The notes: generated by a model from the sequence alone, not told the origin. Positions 18,346 through 28,443 are shown, counted from the first letter of the stretch. The stretch: DNA of 64,000 nucleotides from Escherichia coli (GCF_022846255.1 NZ_AP025682.1), one strand, 5' to 3'. Made by a program: numbers and translations.

Positions 18346-18636
18346 TTAAAAATCATACGCAGAGAGTATTTTTATAATCTCTTTGTTTTCTTTGTACTTT
18401 TCCCGCAGCACAGGGAGTGATTTCTTTGCCGGAGGACACCAGGTATCAACCCCCTTTTCGATGTCTCTTTTATCCTTCTCTGGTAAAGAACTGTCCCATT
18501 CACCAGCAAGATGCTGGCACATTTCCGCATTACTCAGAAAATGCTGCACATCCTGTGGTAAAGGCGGTTCCCCCTGAACACAGAAAGCGAAAATCATTAA
18601 CAGGAATGTCAACAACATCGGATAACGAAATGCCAT
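18346..18636 (-). CDS. small secreted protein, putative immunity protein for the upstream M15-like peptidase
   Basis: 96 aa with signal peptide MAFRYPMLLTFLLMIFAFCVQG; starts 2 nt after the stop of the peptidase-like gene. Confidence 0.35.
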   Translation of the reverse strand: MAFRYPMLLTFLLMIFAFCVQGEPPLPQDVQHFLSNAEMCQHLAGEWDSSLPEKDKRDIEKGVDTWCPPAKKSLPVLREKYKENKEIIKILSAYDF

Positions 18637-18638
18637 AC

Positions 18639-19202
18639 TTAATGTCCATCAATTGACCAGTGAGGTATATCTGTATTGCCGCCAACAAATTTTCTGACGC
18701 CGTAACCCAGACCTACCGCCTGAAGCTGGGCATTCATTCCGGTTCGAGGTAGTGTATTAATTGCAACATTCTGACCATTGCTCCCCGCAATTGTTAATGT
18801 TCCGCTCCAACTGATATTCATATCTATCGCAGTACCGCGTGTATGGTTGGAGCTCAGTGCAGGCGCGACATTCAGATTATTCATACCATAGGCCGTAACC
18901 ATAGCCTGCGCCGCTTCAAGCGAGGCTTGCTCAGTCGGGTGAACCCACTCAATATCCACCCCCTCCATCGCCGGGACGTTTTTTGCCTGAACGATTTCAT
19001 GAGCAATCAACCATGACCAGTGCATGAGATATGCTCTGGCGGGAGGGCGATATGTTGCAGAAATACTGACCCTTGCGCGTGCATTACCAAGCGCTCGCAA
19101 AAAATTATCTACCGATGCACGAAAAGTCCCCTGCAAATCATTAGTGGAAGAACTTCCAGGAAAGCGACTGACCCACAGTGCGCCACTTAATTCTTTTGCC
19201 AT
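18639..19202 (-). CDS. M15/LAS-family zinc peptidase-like protein, candidate peptidoglycan peptidase effector
   Basis: 187 aa, no signal peptide; motif SSNHTRGTAIDMN fits the M15 signature S-x-H-x-x-G-x-A-x-D, with a downstream His pair (DIPHWSIDGH); located between clpV and tssB. Confidence 0.45.
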   Translation of the reverse strand: MAKELSGALWVSRFPGSSSTNDLQGTFRASVDNFLRALGNARARVSISATYRPPARAYLMHWSWLIAHEIVQAKNVPAMEGVDIEWVHPTEQASLEAAQAMVTAYGMNNLNVAPALSSNHTRGTAIDMNISWSGTLTIAGSNGQNVAINTLPRTGMNAQLQAVGLGYGVRKFVGGNTDIPHWSIDGH

Positions 19203-19214
19203 AAGGATGCTCCA

Positions 19215-21848
19215 TTAATCCGTGTCAAAAATAATCTGTTCATCCTCATCAACACGAATGCGGATTTGCGTGATGGCCGTTTTCTCTGTCATCGCCTGCA
19301 GCCAATAACGGGACAGTTGTGGGAGGATATGTTGTTCGATATAGCCGATGAGCAAACGAGCGCCGGTTTCGTGCATCGGGCAGCGCGACACAATATGCGT
19401 AATCAGTTCATCGCCATACACCAGTGAAACGCCATGCTGCTCCGCCATCCGATCCATCAATCTGCCAAGATGCAGGCGGGCAATAACACCACGCGCGGTC
19501 TCATCCAGCGGTAAATAAGGAATAACCGTCACACGCCCCAGGAAAGCCGCCGGGAAGTGTTTACGTAACTCCGGCATTAACGCCTCTTTTAACCCTGCCG
19601 AATCGGGCATCAGCGCCGGATCCTCACAGAGCTGGCTGATAAGTTCCGCCCCCGCGTTAGTCGTCAACAACAGCGTGGTATTTTTGAAATCGATGTGGAC
19701 ACCTTCGCCATCTTCCATCGCCCCCTTATCAAACACCTGGAAGAACAGCTCGTGGACGTCGTGATGGGCTTTTTCAATTTCATCCAGCAATACCACGCTC
19801 CAGGGATGGCGGCGTACCGCTTCCGTCAACACGCCGCCTTCGCCATAGCCGACGTAGCCGGGCGGCGCGCCTTTCAGAGTGGAGACTGTGTGAGACTCTT
19901 GATACTCGCTCATGTTGATGGTGATCAGATTCTGTTCACCGCCATAGATTGCTTCTGCCAGTGCCAGCGCGGTCTCAGTCTTGCCTACTCCGGACGGCCC
20001 GGCCAGCAAAAAGACACCCACTGGCTTACGCGGGTCACCTAAACCCGCCCGCGCGGTCTGGATACGCTCGCCAATCTGCGCCAACGCATCCATCTGCCCG
20101 GTAACACGCTGCGCCAAACGGGTGGGCAATTCCAGTATCTGACTGGCTTCATCTTTCACCATCCGTCCGGCGGGAATACCGGTCCAGTCGGAGACAATCT
20201 CTGCCACCACGGTTGCACTGACTTCCGGGTACACGACGGGGTTTTCACCCTGCCAGCCTCTTAATGCCGTTTCTGCCTGTTGTAGAGTGATTTCGTCGCG
20301 CTCGCCAGGCGCTGCGCCGCGTTGCTCCTGTAAACTGCGAACCAACTCCAGTTCCTGCTGCCACCGCGCTTCGGTGTCAGAAAGATCGGCATTAAGCGAT
20401 ATAATCCGCGCCGTCAGTACATCGCCCCGCTCCGAGCGGATACCCATTTTTTCCTGCTTTAATAACAACTCCTGCTCCAGTTCGGCAGCGTTGAGCTGCT
20501 GGCGCAGATACTGGACTCTCGCAGGCGGGGTATGCAGCGACAGCGCTACACGGGCCGCCGCCGTATCCAGCAGGCTGATGGCCTTATCCGGTAGTTGCCG
20601 GGCCGGAATGTAACGGTGAGAAAGCTGTACAGCGGCGCGCACGGCCTCATCAAGAATCAGGACATCATGGTGTTCTTCAAGCGTGGTGACTAATCCGCGC
20701 ACCATCTCAACAGCCGCAACCTCTTCCGGCTCAGCAACCTGCAATACCTGAAAACGCCGGGTCAGCGCCGGATCCTTTTCGATATGGCGTTTGTACTCGC
20801 TCCAGGTGGTTGCGCCGATGGTGCGCAGAGTGCCACGCGCCAGCGCCGGTTTCAGCAGGTTGGCAGCATCCCCCGTACCGGATGTACCACCAGCGCCCAC
20901 CAGGGTGTGAACTTCATCAACAAAAAGTATCACCGGCTGCGCCGAGCGCGCGGCCTCTTCCAGCAAAGCTTTCAGGCGGGATTCAAATTCACCCTTCATG
21001 GACGCCCCAGCCAGCAGCGCTCCAACATCCAGTGACAGCAACCGCACGTTACGCAGTGAAGGCGGCACTTCCCCCCCGGCAATCGCCAGCGCGAATCCTT
21101 CCACCACTGCCGTTTTCCCGACCCCCGCCTCGCCGGTCAGCAGCGGATTGTTCTGGCGACGGCGCAGCAGAATATCCGTCATAGTACGGATCTCGTGTTC
21201 GCGTCCGGTGACCGGATCGATATTGCCTTCACGGGCCAGCGCAGTCATGTCCTGGCAGTATTTCGCCAGCGCGGATTTACTTCCGGTTGATTCGCCGGCA
21301 AAGACCTGGCTAGCTTCCCCCGGTACTGCAAAATTTAAATCCGAGCCGTCATAAGGTATTTCTGTTAATTCAGGAGATGAAGCGATTAAAGACGGAAGAA
21401 TATCTAATAGTTCATCTACCGGTAGCCCTGCCAATGGCGCACAGATATTTTTTAACACCCGATACAATTCTGGCGTGGTTAACCAGGCAAGTAATAACCA
21501 TCCACTACGAATTTTTTGATCACCAAAGCGGATACTTGCCAACATCCAGGCTTTTTCAACAGAAAGATCGATATGATGGGAAAAATCGTTAATTACACTC
21601 GCTCCGGCAGGCAATATATTCAATTGCTGAATTAACGCCTTCTCAACATCAGCAGATGTTATTTGATAATGTCGAAGCACATTGTGAATGTCATTCTCTG
21701 GTTGTTGTATTAACTGATGCAACCAATGCGTCAGTTCGACATAAGGATTAGCGCGTAATTTACAGAACGTCGTCGCAGATTCCAAAGATCTAAACAAAGA
21801 TTTGGTTAGCTTTCCATACAGTGCACTGCGCGAAACAGGAGTGTCCAT
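19215..21848 (-). CDS. clpV: ClpV (TssH) AAA+ ATPase
   Basis: 877 aa; two Walker A motifs (GEAGVGKTA, GPSGVGKTE); ClpB-like without middle-domain extension. Confidence 0.9.
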   Translation of the reverse strand: MDTPVSRSALYGKLTKSLFRSLESATTFCKLRANPYVELTHWLHQLIQQPENDIHNVLRHYQITSADVEKALIQQLNILPAGASVINDFSHHIDLSVEKAWMLASIRFGDQKIRSGWLLLAWLTTPELYRVLKNICAPLAGLPVDELLDILPSLIASSPELTEIPYDGSDLNFAVPGEASQVFAGESTGSKSALAKYCQDMTALAREGNIDPVTGREHEIRTMTDILLRRRQNNPLLTGEAGVGKTAVVEGFALAIAGGEVPPSLRNVRLLSLDVGALLAGASMKGEFESRLKALLEEAARSAQPVILFVDEVHTLVGAGGTSGTGDAANLLKPALARGTLRTIGATTWSEYKRHIEKDPALTRRFQVLQVAEPEEVAAVEMVRGLVTTLEEHHDVLILDEAVRAAVQLSHRYIPARQLPDKAISLLDTAAARVALSLHTPPARVQYLRQQLNAAELEQELLLKQEKMGIRSERGDVLTARIISLNADLSDTEARWQQELELVRSLQEQRGAAPGERDEITLQQAETALRGWQGENPVVYPEVSATVVAEIVSDWTGIPAGRMVKDEASQILELPTRLAQRVTGQMDALAQIGERIQTARAGLGDPRKPVGVFLLAGPSGVGKTETALALAEAIYGGEQNLITINMSEYQESHTVSTLKGAPPGYVGYGEGGVLTEAVRRHPWSVVLLDEIEKAHHDVHELFFQVFDKGAMEDGEGVHIDFKNTTLLLTTNAGAELISQLCEDPALMPDSAGLKEALMPELRKHFPAAFLGRVTVIPYLPLDETARGVIARLHLGRLMDRMAEQHGVSLVYGDELITHIVSRCPMHETGARLLIGYIEQHILPQLSRYWLQAMTEKTAITQIRIRVDEDEQIIFDTD

Positions 21849-22180
21849 CTGTTACACCTAATGATGTAAGAACATATAAATGATACATAAACATAACTGT
21901 ACCGATTAAAACTTCTAATTAATAGAATTATCAAAAAGGCCGAATGAAACAATGATGCATATCACAGAACACAATGTAATATAGCAGGTAGTATCTTTTT
22001 CATGGTGATATTCAATAGAGCAAGCCAATTTCATACATACAATGAATATATTAAATTAAAAATCGCCACTATATATTTCCGCGAAAACTTATATTGATAA
22101 AGTAAATTGATCAGCATTGCTTATCTAAAAATTTAGAAAACTTATTCTTTTGAAATAAACATTCTACACAGTGATACACA

Positions 22181-23095
22181 ATGAAACCAAATATTACGTG
22201 GGGACTCCAAAAAATACAGGCGCACGGGATCGCCGATAACACAATTTACGCGACTGAAGGAACCCAAATTATCTTCACCGTTACCTCACCCTGGATTCCT
22301 GTTTTTGAGGTGAATGATGATGTAAAGATTGCCCTCAGTCTGACCCGCCACGAAGAAGCATGGTGGATTATCAATCAGTCTACCGAATATTGCTGTACGG
22401 TAAACGACCAGATTGTGGAACCTCATCACCGTATGCGTCTGAATGAAGGCGACCTGATAGAATGGGGGTTATCTTCATGGTGCCTTGTGCACGGCAATCC
22501 ATCATCTCCGGACCTGAGCGCAGTAAAAACGACATCGCAGACTGCCACCATGTCGGAAACAATAACCGAATATCTGGATCTGGATTGGTTCAGGCAGCAG
22601 CATCTGACATCACAAAATCCATTCGATATCATTCCTGTTCATGGAGCCTCCTCCACTGGAGAAGATGCTAAAAAAGAAAATGCCCTGACTCGACTTTATC
22701 AGGAATACCGCGAGGCGTTGTTATCTCCTGAACAAGATCTTCATCGCCATGCTGATCCTTTTCCTTTTAACGAAGAGCCCTCCTCACAGGATCTGGATTC
22801 ATTGCGTGATCTGGTCACTGAAGCCGAGACATTGCAGGATATGGTCACTGGCGGGTTAAGCATTGACGCTATTCTCGATGTCCTGGACGCCACCGGCGAA
22901 GGGGAAACCGCCTGGCCTGCCGAAAAGACACCCCCAGATATCCTGCACCTGCTATCCCCGGAATGCGCACCGGAAACAGCGCATAACACCGTTCTACCCG
23001 ACCTGACACGCAAAGAGCATCGCATCATTGGCATTGACAGCCATTATCGGATAAACCCGGCACAACACGGAGAGATATCTCATGACAAACAATAA
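22181..23095 (+). CDS. FHA-like domain protein (TagH/Fha-like T6SS accessory protein)
   Basis: 304 aa; N-terminal region loosely fits the FHA pattern (…SLTRHEEAWWI…TVNDQIV…LNEGDLIEWG); first gene of the plus-strand T6SS operon. Domain call is tentative. Confidence 0.4.
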   Translation: MKPNITWGLQKIQAHGIADNTIYATEGTQIIFTVTSPWIPVFEVNDDVKIALSLTRHEEAWWIINQSTEYCCTVNDQIVEPHHRMRLNEGDLIEWGLSSWCLVHGNPSSPDLSAVKTTSQTATMSETITEYLDLDWFRQQHLTSQNPFDIIPVHGASSTGEDAKKENALTRLYQEYREALLSPEQDLHRHADPFPFNEEPSSQDLDSLRDLVTEAETLQDMVTGGLSIDAILDVLDATGEGETAWPAEKTPPDILHLLSPECAPETAHNTVLPDLTRKEHRIIGIDSHYRINPAQHGEISHDKQ

Positions 23096-23912
23096 CGAGC
23101 TACCGGCTACCCTGTCGGCGCTGCTGCGGGATTATTCCGTGGCGGAGGGCATTCAAATGGCAGAGCAGCAGGTCAGGATGTACCCGGCGCAGGCCTCCCG
23201 CCGCCACAGCCTATTTCAGTTATTGTGCGTGGCAGGCTACTGGTCGCGGGCACTGCAACAGATCCAGCTATGCGCCCGGATGGACGCAAATTATACCCGC
23301 GAAGCGCAGGTATTTGGCGAGCTGATACGCTGTGAGATATACCGCCACGCCTGCTTTCAGGGAGAACAGCGGCCCGATTTTATTCTCCCGCCGCCCGCCT
23401 GGATGGAGGATCTGCTGACCGCCCTCGCCTGTAACGCTCGTGGTGAAGCGCAGGAAGCTGACGCCCACCGCAGCCGCGCACTTGAGGCCATAACAGATAC
23501 TGCAGGGCAGTGGAATGGCGGCGCATTTGACTGGATTAGCGACAGCGACTCCCGTACCGGTCCGGTACTCGAACTCATCGCGGGCGGAGTATATATCTGG
23601 CTGCCGTTTTCACAAATCTGTTCGCTAAAATCGCCGCGGCCTGCGCATCTGACCGATTTGATCTGGAAACCCGTCAACGTCACACTGAATAATGGCGACA
23701 CACACAGTGCCTGGCTGTTTTCCCGCTACAGCGGCTCTGAAAAGGCTGCCGACTCCCTGCGTCTGTGCCGGGAAACGGTCTGGCAGGACGGGCCGGGAGA
23801 GACTCTGGTACAGGCGCTGGGTCAGAGGGTGTGGCTCACCGGTCACGGCGATATCAGCCTGCTGGATTTGTCCACCTGTACCTTTAACACCGCTGAAGGA
23901 AGCGACGCGTGA
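23082..23912 (+). CDS. tagJ: T6SS accessory protein TagJ (ImpE family)
   Basis: 276 aa; size and position directly upstream of tssE; ImpE-like composition; overlaps neighbours at both ends (operon coupling). Confidence 0.5.
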   Translation: MTNNNELPATLSALLRDYSVAEGIQMAEQQVRMYPAQASRRHSLFQLLCVAGYWSRALQQIQLCARMDANYTREAQVFGELIRCEIYRHACFQGEQRPDFILPPPAWMEDLLTALACNARGEAQEADAHRSRALEAITDTAGQWNGGAFDWISDSDSRTGPVLELIAGGVYIWLPFSQICSLKSPRPAHLTDLIWKPVNVTLNNGDTHSAWLFSRYSGSEKAADSLRLCRETVWQDGPGETLVQALGQRVWLTGHGDISLLDLSTCTFNTAEGSDA

Positions 23913-24403
23913 GCGCTTCCCGCCAGCGTCCGGGCAATCACCTGCTGCCCACGCTGTTTGACCGCCTGTGTGATGATGCCCCAAACCAGAAACGCGACCA
24001 CGATATCAGCGTCAGCCCGGTTCAGCTTAAGGAGATCATTCGCCGGGATTTGTCATTTCTGCTCAACACCGTCAGCCATGAAGATGATATTGATGCTGCA
24101 CGTTATCCGGACGCGGCAGCGTCCGTACTGAACTACGGCCTGCCGCCACTGGCGGGCAGCTTTCTGTATGAACACAAGTGGGACGATATTCGCAGGGCCA
24201 TTTTGCGTACCATCATCCGGTTTGAACCCCGGCTGAAAGCGTCCACCCTGCAAATCATCCCACTTCAGGATGAGCGCCACCAGAGCGGCCATAACACATT
24301 ACAGTTTGAAATTCGCGGCGAGATCCTCACGCAGCCCTACCCGATGGCATTCCGGGTACGCAGCGCGCTGGATATGGAACAGAGCCGCATTACGTTTTTT
24401 TAA
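23909..24403 (+). CDS. tssE: T6SS baseplate protein TssE (gp25-like)
   Basis: 164 aa; LLPTLFDRL...RRDLSFLLNT is typical of TssE/GPW-gp25 family. Confidence 0.8.
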   Translation: MSASRQRPGNHLLPTLFDRLCDDAPNQKRDHDISVSPVQLKEIIRRDLSFLLNTVSHEDDIDAARYPDAAASVLNYGLPPLAGSFLYEHKWDDIRRAILRTIIRFEPRLKASTLQIIPLQDERHQSGHNTLQFEIRGEILTQPYPMAFRVRSALDMEQSRITFF

Positions 24404-24418
24404 TTCAGAGAGAAACCG

Positions 24419-26302
24419 ATGGATCCACGGCTACTGGAATACTACAACCGCGAACTGAGCTATCTGCGGGAAACGGGAGCCGAATTTGCCGCCCGTCATC
24501 CTAAAGTCGCCGCCCGACTGGGTATGCAGGGAACGGATATTGCCGATCCGTATGTGGAGCGAATGGTCGAGGCCTTCAGCTTCCTGACCGCCCGCACGCA
24601 GCTAAAAATTGACGCTGAATTCCCCCGTTTCACCCAGCGTCTGCTGGAAGTGGTCAGCCCCAATTACGTCACACCCACGCCCTCAATGAGCGTGGCGCAG
24701 CTTCATCCCGATCCGGAAGAAGGCGATCTGGCGAAGGGATTCACCGTCCCGCGCAACACGGCCTTTTTTTCCGCCATTCCGGAAGGCGAAAGTACCGCCT
24801 GCCAGTTTCGTAGCAGCCAGAATGTGACGCTGTGGCCGCTTGCCATCGAAGAGGTGCGGCTGACCGCCGCGCCGCCGGATATGCCTGCCCTGCACCGCTA
24901 CCTGCCAGCCAACATTCACGTCGCTGGTGCGCTGCGTATTACCCTGCGCACCTTTGGTGAACTGACGTTCAGTCAGCTTGCAGGGCTGAACAAGCTGCCA
25001 TTTTATCTCTGCGGCGAGGAGCGCACGGCCTCACACCTGTTCGAACTACTGCATACCAGCGCCATCGCGAGCCTGGCTGGCATTCCGGGGCATTTTGACG
25101 GCGCACTGGATGTGAATCTGAAACAGCCCGTTATGTACGAAGGCCTGGATCCGGATCAGGGACTGTTGCCGCTGGCGTGGAATGTGTTTCACGGCCATAA
25201 CCTGCTACATGAATATTTTACCTGTCCGGAACGCTTCTTTTTTTTCACCCCGACAGGCCTGTCTGACGGGTTACAGAAAATTAACGGCGGCGTGGCGGAG
25301 ATTGTTATCCTGCTGAACCGCCTGCCGCCGGACTGGCTGATCCACCAGACAAACGCGGCACAGTTCAGCCTGTTCTGTACCCCGGTTATCAACCTGTTTC
25401 CCCGCGTCGCCGCCCGGATCGATGTCACGCACAGCACGACGGAACAGCATCTGGTGGTGGACAGAACCCATCCGCTGGATTATGAGGTGTTCTCGGTCCA
25501 AGAAGTGGAAGGGCTGGAAACTGACACCACACGGAAGATGGCCTTTCGCCCGCTCTACCACACCCGCAATAATGATGAAGGCAATCACGGACGTTATTTT
25601 TCCCTGCGCCGGGAGCCGCGCCGGTTGTCGGAAAATGCCCGCCGCTATGGCACCCGCACCTCCTATACAGGATCAGAAGTGTTCCTGTCGCTGGTTGACC
25701 AGTATGAAGCGCCGTACCCGGAAAATCTGCGCCATATCACCATCACGGCTATGGTCACCAACCGCGATCTGCCCTGTCTTATTGCCCGCAATGGACGGGA
25801 CGATCTGACCGTGGATGCGGCCATCCCGGTGGCGGGTGTGGGGCTTATCCGTCCGCCGCGTCCGCCGCAGCCTCCGCTGGCTGAACGTGAAATGGCCTGG
25901 CGGTTGATCCGCCAGTTATCCTTTAACTATCTGCCGCTGGCCGATCTGGATCACCGTACCGGTGGTCAGGCGCTGCGCGATCTGCTTAACCTGTTTATTC
26001 CGGCGCATGACAGTCCGCAGTCGCGCCAGGTGCGCAGCCTGATTGGCTGCAACACCACCCCGGTCACCCGCCGTCTGCCCGGTTCCGGGCTGCTGGTCTA
26101 TGGGCGCGGCGTCAGTTGTGAACTGACCGTGGATGAGGAGGGGTTCTCCGGTATCAGTCCGTATCTGTTCGGTCTGGTGTTGGAGCACTATATCGCCCGT
26201 CATGTTTCCATTAATACCTTCTCGCAGATGACGCTGCACAGCATGCAGCGCGGCAAAATTATGACCTGGCCTGCCAGGACGGGACAGCGGGGAAGCGTAT
26301 GA
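24419..26302 (+). CDS. tssF: T6SS baseplate protein TssF
   Basis: 627 aa; N-terminus MDPRLLEYYNRELSYLRETGAEFAARHPKVAARLG is the TssF signature. Confidence 0.85.
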   Translation: MDPRLLEYYNRELSYLRETGAEFAARHPKVAARLGMQGTDIADPYVERMVEAFSFLTARTQLKIDAEFPRFTQRLLEVVSPNYVTPTPSMSVAQLHPDPEEGDLAKGFTVPRNTAFFSAIPEGESTACQFRSSQNVTLWPLAIEEVRLTAAPPDMPALHRYLPANIHVAGALRITLRTFGELTFSQLAGLNKLPFYLCGEERTASHLFELLHTSAIASLAGIPGHFDGALDVNLKQPVMYEGLDPDQGLLPLAWNVFHGHNLLHEYFTCPERFFFFTPTGLSDGLQKINGGVAEIVILLNRLPPDWLIHQTNAAQFSLFCTPVINLFPRVAARIDVTHSTTEQHLVVDRTHPLDYEVFSVQEVEGLETDTTRKMAFRPLYHTRNNDEGNHGRYFSLRREPRRLSENARRYGTRTSYTGSEVFLSLVDQYEAPYPENLRHITITAMVTNRDLPCLIARNGRDDLTVDAAIPVAGVGLIRPPRPPQPPLAEREMAWRLIRQLSFNYLPLADLDHRTGGQALRDLLNLFIPAHDSPQSRQVRSLIGCNTTPVTRRLPGSGLLVYGRGVSCELTVDEEGFSGISPYLFGLVLEHYIARHVSINTFSQMTLHSMQRGKIMTWPARTGQRGSV

Positions 26303-27294
26303 GCGACGATTTCACTCAGGCGCAGGAACCCCCCTGGCGTTACGGTTTTCTGAACCTGATGCGCCGCGTGGATGTGCAGTTGTGTACTGTTCCGGCAGGC
26401 AACACCTGGCAACCACGGATGGAAAAATTTCGCCTCGGACAAACTCCCGCGCTGACCTTTGCGCCACGGGAAATCGCCAGTGTGAGCTGGCAGGAAGAGC
26501 GGCTGCACATCAGTTTGTACAGTCTCGGGCTGTGGGGGCCGAACGGTCCACTGCCGCTGCACTACACCGAACTGGCGCGCAACCGGACTGAAAGCCGAAG
26601 AGACCCGACGCTAACCCGTTTTTCTGATCTTTTTCATCACCGCTGGCTGACGCAGTTTTACCAGGCATGGCGCAGCGCCCAGTCCGCTGGGGGCGGTCTG
26701 GATAAACCACAACATGACCGTTTTGCCTTTTATATCGCCAGCCTCAGCGGGCAGGATTTGCGGGAGAGCGCCGACAGCCCGTTGCCGGATCACGCTCGCC
26801 TGGCGGCATCGGCCCATCTGGTGCGTGAGTCCCGCAATCCGGACGGTCTGGCCACCACGCTGGCGCACTATTTCGGTGTACCTTTCCGGATACAGGAGTA
26901 TGTCCTGCACTGGATAGCCGTGGCGGACGATGAGATCACCCGGCTGGGGATGCCAGCCCCCTCTTCCGTTATTGGCAACGGTGCACTCATCGGCCAGGCC
27001 GTGCCGGACATGCAGTATAAGTTCCGGCTGGTTATCGGCCCGCTGACGCTGGAGGATTACCGACGTTTTCTGCCTGGCGGCAATAACCTGCCAGTCCTGA
27101 CAGAACTGGTCCGCGCCTTTAGCGGTTTTGAATACTGCTGGGAAATTGAGCTACAGCTAAAGCCCCACGCCGCCCCTCCGGCTGTTACCGGTGGTTCGTA
27201 CCAACTGGGCTGGACCGCATGGGCGGGTAAAGCCATGCACGAAAACCCGGTGACGGGCATGATTTTCGAACCAGAACACTACCTGGCGCACTGA
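26299..27294 (+). CDS. tssG: T6SS baseplate protein TssG
   Basis: 331 aa; 4-nt overlap with tssF; conserved TssG N-terminal region (WRYGFLNLMRRVD). Confidence 0.85.
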   Translation: MSDDFTQAQEPPWRYGFLNLMRRVDVQLCTVPAGNTWQPRMEKFRLGQTPALTFAPREIASVSWQEERLHISLYSLGLWGPNGPLPLHYTELARNRTESRRDPTLTRFSDLFHHRWLTQFYQAWRSAQSAGGGLDKPQHDRFAFYIASLSGQDLRESADSPLPDHARLAASAHLVRESRNPDGLATTLAHYFGVPFRIQEYVLHWIAVADDEITRLGMPAPSSVIGNGALIGQAVPDMQYKFRLVIGPLTLEDYRRFLPGGNNLPVLTELVRAFSGFEYCWEIELQLKPHAAPPAVTGGSYQLGWTAWAGKAMHENPVTGMIFEPEHYLAH

Positions 27295-27304
27295 GGATAA
27301 TTTA

Positions 27305-28351
27305 ATGGATACATCCCTGTCTGACCCAATTTCGGAAGAATGCCCCTGCGGCCCGGATCTGGAGTACGATCCGGAATACCTGCTACTGTTCACGCGCGCC
27401 GCACAGCGTGAAGAAGCGCAATACGGCGATTTTGTCAGTACGCCGGAAACCATTAACTGGGCGGAGCTTGAGCGGGATGCCTGCCGCCTACTGACGCGCA
27501 GCAAAGATATCCGCATTCTGGTTGTCCTGCTGCGCTGCCGTATCCAGCAGGCCGGTGTCAGGGGACTGGCGGAGGCGCTCGCGCTGCTGGAAACGTTGTG
27601 CGCTACGTACCCGAACGCCATCCACCCGCAACTGCTCGCGACTGAAGATATCACCGCCGAAGAGGCGGCAGTGGCACGTAGTAACGCCCTGGCGGCGTTG
27701 CTGGACCATGAAGGCGTAATAGCGGATATTCGTGGCATTACACTGTCAAACAATGCTGCCATACGCCTTCAGGTACGGGATGTGGAGCGTTCGCTGTCTG
27801 CATCACGCCCGGCGGATGCGCTGGCACCAGAATCGGTACGCCAGCAACTGGCCGACCTGGAGGCGCGCGGCACACTGCCGCTGGATGCCTTTCGCCAGGC
27901 CGCAGAGACCACTGAGCGGCTGCAACGCCATGCGCGTGAAACGCTGAATGACCAGGCACCGAACCTATCCCGTCTGACACAATTGCTGGCCCTGTTGCCG
28001 GGAGCGATACGGACCACCACGCCGGAGATCCTGCCACAACCAGTGGCTGAACAGGCGGAGAGCACCACCATCGTTCATACTGAACAGATATCATCAGAGC
28101 AGATTGCGCTACCGGTGCATATCGCGGAGGAAATATCACCGATGTCCGGCGCAGAACCCCGGCAGATCCGCGACCGGAACGACGCGCTGGAACGCCTGCG
28201 TGTCATCCGTCGCTGGTTTGAGCACAGCGAACCGAGCAGCCCGACCATTCCTTTGCTGCGCCAGGCAGAACGCCTGGTCGGAAAACGCTTCTCGGAGGTA
28301 ATAAATGAAATTCCAGTAGAACTGCTGGAAAAATGGGATGCGCTGGAGTAA
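27305..28351 (+). CDS. tssA: TssA (ImpA N-terminal domain protein)
   Basis: 348 aa; ImpA_N signature ECPCGPDLEYDPEYLLL...; last gene of the operon before aspV. Confidence 0.8.
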   Translation: MDTSLSDPISEECPCGPDLEYDPEYLLLFTRAAQREEAQYGDFVSTPETINWAELERDACRLLTRSKDIRILVVLLRCRIQQAGVRGLAEALALLETLCATYPNAIHPQLLATEDITAEEAAVARSNALAALLDHEGVIADIRGITLSNNAAIRLQVRDVERSLSASRPADALAPESVRQQLADLEARGTLPLDAFRQAAETTERLQRHARETLNDQAPNLSRLTQLLALLPGAIRTTTPEILPQPVAEQAESTTIVHTEQISSEQIALPVHIAEEISPMSGAEPRQIRDRNDALERLRVIRRWFEHSEPSSPTIPLLRQAERLVGKRFSEVINEIPVELLEKWDALE

Positions 28352-28357
28352 CAGAAG

Positions 28358-28389
28358 TGGCCAGAATTTATATTATCTGGCCATTTTTT
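28358..28389 (+). terminator. rho-independent terminator downstream of tssA
   Basis: Inverted repeat tggccaga / tctggcca (28358-28365 and 28376-28383) followed by TTTTTT. Confidence 0.6.
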
Positions 28390-28443
28390 AAATCATATTC
28401 GTTTTACTTGCGGAGTGAAAAATTCTCGCTTCACCAAAACGAC

